Assembly (NCBI RefSeq): GCF_000008665.1
Contig: NC_000917.1
Coordinates: 1 to 32,000 of the forward strand
Direction of reading: 5' to 3'
From: Archaeoglobus fulgidus DSM 4304
GTDB taxonomy: Archaea > Halobacteriota > Archaeoglobi > Archaeoglobales > Archaeoglobaceae
Length of the DNA stretch: 32,000 bases
Part shown: positions 25,503 through 32,000 of the stretch, piece by piece
Layout of the letters: every line of letters starts with the position of its first letter
How positions within the stretch are numbered: the first letter of the stretch is position 1
The notes under the pieces: model-generated
Told to the model about the DNA's origin: nothing
Database searches by the model: none
What the model saw: the letters and a program-made list of their open reading frames with translations, nothing else
Translations under genes and position numbers: made by a program

Positions 25503-27281
25503 TTAGGAAAATTCGGTTAGGCCGAGATCCTCAAGCTTCTCCTTCGTGGGATGGCCATTATCGTCAAGTCCCCTGAGTCTGTAGTATATTTCAAGCATCC
25601 TTTTGACATTGGGCGAGTATCCTCCCGTCCCACCTTTCTTCAGAGGTCTCCTGACTATTTCCGGCAGCTTCTCGTCCTCTTTCTTCATTCCGAGCTTCAG
25701 ATTTATCATTCTCTTCAGCATGTAAGTCCTCTCACCGATTTTTGCCACGTCGCTGGGCGTTACGCTCTCCCCGGTTATGGCGGAGTGGAAGTTTGCAGCA
25801 TCGCTTACCCCTATCAGGCCGAGCATGCAGAGTATGTAGCTGTTCCACATCTCCTTGGCGCTCTGGTGAATTACGTGCATCCTAACCTTCTCCTCGCTTT
25901 CGTCGAATCTGTTTGTCGGGATAACTCCAAGCTCCGGAACAGGAGCGGCGCCGATGTCCACCGTGAAGTAATCGGAGTGGAGGTGGCACGCTCCTCTGGA
26001 GGAGGTGGCGTAGGTCAGCGCCATTCCGCTGAAGGCCCTCGGGTCGTGCATGGGAATCTCCAAACCCTTCACCTGTGCGGTCTCCTCCTCGCTCACACCG
26101 AGCTTTTTCGCCGCAACCTTTGTTCCCTCCGCCAGCAACTCTCCAAGCCCCTCTCTACCCACGATTTTCTTCAGCATCTCAAGAAGCCCCTCAGCATCTC
26201 CGAACCTCACACCGTCTTTAAGCAGGCCCTTTTCAGTCAGGTACATGGCAAAGGCAACGCTGACTCCGGCTGAGATGACGTCCAGTCCTGCCTCGTTGCA
26301 GTACTGCGTAGCATCGAGTACTCCGTCAAGATCGTAGATTCCGCAGAGTGATCCGAGAGACGCAACGCTCTCGTACTCCATCTTTACCCCTCTAACTCTG
26401 TGACCGCAGATGACGGGGCAGTTGGCACAGCCCTCTGGCTTTACCTCGTAGTTTTCAAGCATCGCCTCTCCGGAAATCCTGAATACCGGGAATACGCCCT
26501 CGGTGAAGTACTTTGCTGGCGTGTCGCCAAGCTCGTATCCCTGTGTTGTGTACATCAGCGTTCCGTAAGTGTGCCAGAGCTCCTTGCCGGGATTTGCAGC
26601 AACGCTTTCCAGCAGTGCAGAGTAGTGCTCCTTGAGCTTAGCCTCGTCAGCAACATCCGGTAGGCCAACCTCGCCAACAACTGCAATCGCCTTCAGGTTT
26701 TTGCTGCCCATGACCGCTCCCATTCCCGTTCTCCCTGCAGCCCTGTGAGAATCGTTGATGATGCACGCATACTTGACGAGGTTCTCCCCAGCCGGCCCTA
26801 TGCACGCAATCCTTGCCTTTTTGTCTGTTTCGTTCTGGACGATTTCAATTGTTTTGCTCGTGCTCTTGCCCCAGATATCCCCGGCGTCCCTGAACTCAAC
26901 CTTTCCATCGGACACGAAAAGGTAGGTGGGCTTTTCAGCCCTGCCCGTCAGTATTATTCCGTCAATTCCCGCCTTTTTCATACTCACGGCGAAGAAACCT
27001 CCAGATGTTGACTCGCCCCACAGCCCAGTCAGCGGTGATTTGCCCACAATGACGTGCCTTCCAGAAAATGGAGTCTGGCCGGTAAACATTCCGGTCAGGA
27101 AAGCCAGCGGTGCTTCGGGCGAGAGCGGGTCGAGGTCTGCGGTGAGTCTGCTGTAGAGCATCGCCGCACCAAGTCCCGCCCCACCGACGAACTTCTTTAT
27201 CATCTCCTCTGTAACCTCTATCTCGCTAACGGTCGAGTTTGAAAGGTTCACTTCCAGAATTTTACCATGAAATCCCATCAT
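25503..27281 (-). CDS. aor: Tungsten-type aldehyde:ferredoxin oxidoreductase (AOR family)
   Basis: AOR N-terminus MGFHGKILEVNL...GGAGLGA. 4Fe-4S motif CANCPVIC. Length ~590 aa. I prefer the ATG at 27281 (GGGAGG 8 nt upstream). The alternative GTG at 27287 overlaps the ADH stop codon as GTGA. Confidence 0.92.
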   Translation of the reverse strand: MMGFHGKILEVNLSNSTVSEIEVTEEMIKKFVGGAGLGAAMLYSRLTADLDPLSPEAPLAFLTGMFTGQTPFSGRHVIVGKSPLTGLWGESTSGGFFAVSMKKAGIDGIILTGRAEKPTYLFVSDGKVEFRDAGDIWGKSTSKTIEIVQNETDKKARIACIGPAGENLVKYACIINDSHRAAGRTGMGAVMGSKNLKAIAVVGEVGLPDVADEAKLKEHYSALLESVAANPGKELWHTYGTLMYTTQGYELGDTPAKYFTEGVFPVFRISGEAMLENYEVKPEGCANCPVICGHRVRGVKMEYESVASLGSLCGIYDLDGVLDATQYCNEAGLDVISAGVSVAFAMYLTEKGLLKDGVRFGDAEGLLEMLKKIVGREGLGELLAEGTKVAAKKLGVSEEETAQVKGLEIPMHDPRAFSGMALTYATSSRGACHLHSDYFTVDIGAAPVPELGVIPTNRFDESEEKVRMHVIHQSAKEMWNSYILCMLGLIGVSDAANFHSAITGESVTPSDVAKIGERTYMLKRMINLKLGMKKEDEKLPEIVRRPLKKGGTGGYSPNVKRMLEIYYRLRGLDDNGHPTKEKLEDLGLTEFS

Positions 27282-27283
27282 AC

Positions 27284-28525
27284 TCACAACCTCCCATAAT
27301 ACATATCCATCAACAACTCCTTCGCCTCCTCAACAGTAAGCTGCCTCGGAGCGAAGGGCCCTGTTGGGTCTTTAACAACGTACTGTGCGAAGGTGTCGAG
27401 CTTCTCCTTGAAGTCATCCTCTTTTATGCCAAGGTCTCTCATAGTCGTTGGTGCCCCTATTTTCCTGTAGAAGTCCATGAAAATGTCTATGAGCTTTTTC
27501 AGCGTTTCTTCGTTGCTGCCTCCTCTCACGCCAAGCTCCTCGGCAAAGCTGAGGTACTTATCATCCACCTCCGCGTAGAACTTGATGACGTAGGGTATTG
27601 TAACCCCACACGCCATACCGTGGTGAACCTCGAAGAGCGCGCCTATGTTGTGCGCAACTGCGTGGGTCGTTCCTATTCCGCCGTTCGAAAAGGCTGAACC
27701 TGCAATCATGGCGGCAATCTGAGTTTTGAGCCTGATCTGCGGGTTGTCGGGGTACTTCAGGGCTAACGGGAGGTACTTGAAAACGAGCTTTGTCGCTCTC
27801 ACCGCCAGAGCGTCGGAAATTTCGTTGCTCGACCTGCAGAGGTAGCAGTCAACTGCATGCGACAGGGCATCCAGCCCCGTCCCAAGTGTGAGATTCGGAG
27901 GCATTTTCAAAACAAATCGCGGGTCGAGGACGGCGAAGTCAGGATAAAGCTCAGGATGCACAACACCCTCTTTCCTGTGCGGCTCCACAGTGTCATCTGT
28001 AATGACCGCAACGTTTGTTGCCTCGCTTCCCGTTCCGGCAGTTGTTGGGATGCACGCCAGAAACGCCTTTCTCCTCAGCCCGATCGGCTGCATCGCATCG
28101 ACGTTTGTCAGGTCTGTCTGCGGAGCCTCGTAGAGAATCCACGAGGCCTTCGCCATGTCCATAACGCTTCCACCACCAACTGCCACAATCAAGTCGGGCT
28201 GGAGGGCTTCCATTTTTTCTGCAGCGGGCTTTATCGAGCTCAACGGCACCTCAGGCTTCGCTTCGTCGAAAATCTCGACTTCAATGCCGACACCCTTAAG
28301 CATTTTTTGCACTGTCAGAGCAAGGGCTCTCACTCCCTTATCGGTGACTATGAAAGCCCTCCTTCTTCCGAACTGCACCATGGCTCCAGCAAACATCTGC
28401 AAACCGGCCAACCCGTAGAAGGTCTTCGGCATGATGAATGAGTTCAGCAGAAGCTTCGACTCTGGAACGCTGTAGGTCGTTATGATGGTTCTCAACTCAG
28501 GTCTGTCCATCGGCCATTCAGCCAT
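27284..28525 (-). CDS. Iron-containing alcohol dehydrogenase
   Basis: Fe-ADH motifs GGGSVMDMAKA and HAVAHNIGALFEVHHG. The start is moved to the ATG at 28525, after SD AAGGAGGTG. This removes the overlap with the upstream MFS gene. Confidence 0.9.
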   Translation of the reverse strand: MAEWPMDRPELRTIITTYSVPESKLLLNSFIMPKTFYGLAGLQMFAGAMVQFGRRRAFIVTDKGVRALALTVQKMLKGVGIEVEIFDEAKPEVPLSSIKPAAEKMEALQPDLIVAVGGGSVMDMAKASWILYEAPQTDLTNVDAMQPIGLRRKAFLACIPTTAGTGSEATNVAVITDDTVEPHRKEGVVHPELYPDFAVLDPRFVLKMPPNLTLGTGLDALSHAVDCYLCRSSNEISDALAVRATKLVFKYLPLALKYPDNPQIRLKTQIAAMIAGSAFSNGGIGTTHAVAHNIGALFEVHHGMACGVTIPYVIKFYAEVDDKYLSFAEELGVRGGSNEETLKKLIDIFMDFYRKIGAPTTMRDLGIKEDDFKEKLDTFAQYVVKDPTGPFAPRQLTVEEAKELLMDMYYGRL

Positions 28526-28538
28526 ACACAACACCTCC

Positions 28539-29720
28539 TTATTTGGGCGGTTCCGGAATAAGGACCGCAAATATGCCCTGAGCGGCGAAGAATATCGCGG
28601 CTACGGTGAAGGCGGTGGTGAAGCCAGAGCTTGCTGCGATTGGGGCGATTATGAAAGGTGTGCTGAGAAAGCCGCCGAGGCAGAGGAAGGTGTTCAACAC
28701 ACCAGTAGCCCCGCCTATGTACTCAGGCTTCATCCTGCTGTCAACGAAGGGGAGGTAAGCGGGCACCGCCATCCAGTGCGGGATGACTCCCGCCGCAACA
28801 AATCCCGCAAGGCCGACAAGAACCCACATGGCGTTGACGTCCCCGCTGAACCATGCTGCAAGCATCAGCGCAGAGAAGAGTATTGAGAGCACGATTATGT
28901 AAAGCCTCACTTTGCCGGTTTTGGCACTCAGGGCGGGGAAAACGAAGGAACCAACCCATCCCGGATTTGTGATGAGCGAGACAATCGCTCCTCCTACGGC
29001 AATGGGTATCCCAAGCTCAACGTAGGCTGCTGTGGCAAACAGAGCCTGCCACGGAACCATTCCGCTCATCGCCAAGAAGGTGCCCAGCGCAGCCCCCCAG
29101 ATTGCCCTGTTGCTGAGCGCCGCCTTCGCCCCTTCGATTACCGGCGCCTTCGGAATCTCCACTCCTGGCGGTGCGTTTTTCACAAAGGCGGCGAAAATCA
29201 GTGTCGCAATGAATATTACACCCCCACCAAGAGTGTTGGCGTACTCCCAGCTTGGGAAGTAGGGTGCAATTACCATTCCCGTCGAGAGGAATATCATCAT
29301 CGAGGTCAGATAGATTCCCGTCGCCAGTCCAACCTGGTGGGGTGGGAACCAGGCGTTTATGAGCTTTGGAAGGTTCACGAACACAATTCCCAGTCCAACT
29401 CCCAGTATTGCCTGAGAGAGTAACAGCGTCTCCACTCCAGGATAGGCTCTTACAAAGGTCCCCAGAGCGGCTATAACCCCTCCGATCGTCGCAGCGGTTC
29501 TCACCCCCACTCTGTCCGCAAACATGCCTGCAGGGAATGAAAGCAAACCTGCTATGAGCCACGGCAGTGTGAAGGCCAGTGAGTAAGTCGTCTGGTCGAT
29601 GCCGTACGTCTCCATCAGCACTGGAGCCAGCGTCCCCATGTCGTACCAGAAGAGAAACAGCGTGCCGAAAAGAAGCCATGCCAACCCCAAAACCACCCAT
29701 CTGTAACCCGAATACTCCAT
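28539..29720 (-). CDS. MFS transporter 3 (first gene of the minus-strand operon)
   Basis: Hydrophobic 393-aa product with loop motif GMFADRVGVR. AWFPP is shared with MFS transporter 2. An AT-rich promoter region lies upstream (29721-29790). Confidence 0.85.
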   Translation of the reverse strand: MEYSGYRWVVLGLAWLLFGTLFLFWYDMGTLAPVLMETYGIDQTTYSLAFTLPWLIAGLLSFPAGMFADRVGVRTAATIGGVIAALGTFVRAYPGVETLLLSQAILGVGLGIVFVNLPKLINAWFPPHQVGLATGIYLTSMMIFLSTGMVIAPYFPSWEYANTLGGGVIFIATLIFAAFVKNAPPGVEIPKAPVIEGAKAALSNRAIWGAALGTFLAMSGMVPWQALFATAAYVELGIPIAVGGAIVSLITNPGWVGSFVFPALSAKTGKVRLYIIVLSILFSALMLAAWFSGDVNAMWVLVGLAGFVAAGVIPHWMAVPAYLPFVDSRMKPEYIGGATGVLNTFLCLGGFLSTPFIIAPIAASSGFTTAFTVAAIFFAAQGIFAVLIPEPPK

Positions 29721-29969
29721 GGAGAATCGTTTGATTAAATATTGATAAAAGTTATTGACTTACTGAAGTTAAATCTATCTTTATCAAAAAGCGGTTTTTA
29801 TGGTAGTGGTCATTTCCGAAGAATGCCTGAACTTTTGGCCAATGCCCCTTTAAGTTAAATTGCATTCGCACTATGTGCAATCTAATTTGTTTTTAAATCC
29901 TGTAATACGTCAGTGAAATAAAACCGCAGTCCGACAATAAAAAAGATATACTGCTGAGTGTAACTAATT

Positions 29970-30732
29970 ATGTTGACAAGTTCCATCGAAGATGTAACGG
30001 AGTACCTCGGAAAGCTTGGACTGACAAAAAAAAGAGTCTGAAATTTATGTCGCCCTCCTCAGCTCCGGGCCAAAGACGGGGATGGAGCTGTCCAAATTAA
30101 CCGGTGACCCTGCACCCTTCGTCTACAGAGTTTTGAAGAGGCTTGAGGGTAAGAAAGTGGTTTTCAGGATATCTGAGAGCCCAATGATATTCAAAGCCTA
30201 TCCTCTCGACATCGTTTTATCTTCTCTGATCCACGAGAGGGAGAAAGAGCTAAAAATGCTGTCATCGACCAAAGATACTATTATCAAGCTCTATGAAACC
30301 AGCCTGATGAGAAATCAGGGTGAGAAGGGGCTCGACTTCATTGTGGTAAACGGCATCACGGACACAATAAATCTGATTGGGGACATGATAGACAGGGCGG
30401 AGTGGGAGGTCAAGAACATGGTCGGAGTTGAGGGGGTTGAGAGAATTAAGTACTGGCATATCATCGAGTACGAAAGGGCGATTTCGAGAGGTGTTAGCGT
30501 GAAGCTGATAACATCCATGGACTCCGCAAGCATACCCTCTGAAATAACCGAGATTGCCGAGGTGAAGTACTTGAAGATACCGATGAACGCCCGCTTCGTC
30601 ATTTCTGACGATAAAGAAATACTGATTATCACAACAGATGAGGAAAGAGACATGGTATCGATATACTCAAAAAACAGAGGTCTTGTGAAGACTCTCAACG
30701 AAATTTACGAGTACATCTGGGCATCAATCTGA
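29970..30732 (+). pseudogene. TrmB-family transcriptional regulator interrupted by a +1 frameshift in an A8 tract (30026-30033)
   Basis: ATG 29970 opens MLTSSIEDVTEYLGKLGLTKKRV*, with the stop at 30039-30041. The frame shifted by one reads ESEIYVALLSSGPKTGMELSKLTGDPAPFVYRVLKRLEGKKVV and continues into the 30082-30732 ORF. Deleting one A restores LGLTKKESEIYVALLSSGP..., a canonical TrmB wHTH N-terminus, and gives a 253-aa protein. Confidence 0.75.
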
Positions 30733-30811
30733 TTTTTCATAACTTCTCAGGGACTCTGCCGGGAATTCACAAAATTTATTAGGATAAATGTACACTACTT
30801 GTGGTGAGAGC

Positions 30812-32000
<1,189 letters not shown>

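Noticed and set aside
5357-26273. Long antisense or out-of-frame ORFs inside confident genes (5357-5884 -, 11120-11746 -, 12594-13412 -, 14345-15076 -, 22018-22518 -, 23440-24183 -, 24527-25099 -, 25551-26273 +, 27857-28441 +, 29017-29700 -)
   Set aside because: Each lies entirely within a gene that has clear family motifs on the other strand or frame. Their products are Arg/Ser/Pro/His-rich and low in complexity, as expected of shadow ORFs in moderately GC-rich coding DNA.
29721-29969. The 250-bp divergent intergenic region was inspected for a small RNA (C/D box) and for operators. It contains an imperfect inverted repeat, TTGATAAAAG (29742-29751) and CTTTATCAA (29779-29787), and ATTGCA...TGCAAT around 29858-29882.
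   Set aside because: There is no RUGAUGA C box and no convincing C/D architecture. The inverted repeats are short, imperfect and AT-rich, and unremarkable for promoter DNA. They may be real operators, but I cannot support that from sequence alone.
30736-30743. Another TTCATAAC operator half-site, downstream of the TrmB gene
   Set aside because: It is a single 8-mer with no partner half-site and no CAGC/TTTAT context. About one chance occurrence is expected in 32 kb on two strands.

Overview
The gene content, strong GGAGGTGA ribosome-binding sites and the 30-bp CRISPR repeat GTTGAAATCAGACCAAAATGGGATTGAAAG point to an Archaeoglobus fulgidus-type euryarchaeon. This taxon call comes from memory of that repeat and gene order; no search was run. 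All coordinates, counts and identity estimates below were derived by hand from the sequence.

Layout:
(1) 1-4213: an AT-rich leader followed by a CRISPR array of 60 identical repeats and 59 unique spacers. It is read on the + strand. No cas genes lie in the window.
(2) 4214-4937: a CAP/SCP-domain membrane protein gene sits between the last perfect repeat and one or two decayed repeat relics.
(3) 5051-7443: ABCE1, then a ribbon-helix-helix (RHH) regulator.
(4) 7482-16595, the most interesting block: a corrinoid-dependent methyl-transfer supercluster. It has two corrinoid-protein + UroD-fold methyltransferase pairs, one MtrH-like methyltransferase, one RACo-type reductive activase and two MFS transporters. 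This is the composition of the Mto methoxyaromatic O-demethylase system. The two front-end pairs are mosaic paralogs: about 98% identical at the 5' end, about 93% at the 3' end, and strongly diverged in the centre. Two of the three promoters carry the same palindromic operator.
(5) 16691-24222: a small membrane protein with a sodium:solute symporter, then a beta-oxidation-like module. That module comprises a C_GCAxxG_C_C protein, a fused hydroxyacyl-CoA dehydrogenase/enoyl-CoA hydratase, a thiolase, a DUF35 protein and a family III CoA-transferase.
(6) 24261-25232: an orphan PAS histidine kinase.
(7) 29720-25221, minus strand: an operon of MFS transporter, Fe-alcohol dehydrogenase, tungsten-type aldehyde:ferredoxin oxidoreductase (AOR) and a MoaD-like GG protein.
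(8) 29970-32000: a TrmB-family regulator split by a frameshift in an A8 tract, a GYD-domain protein, and the 3' part of SepCysS.
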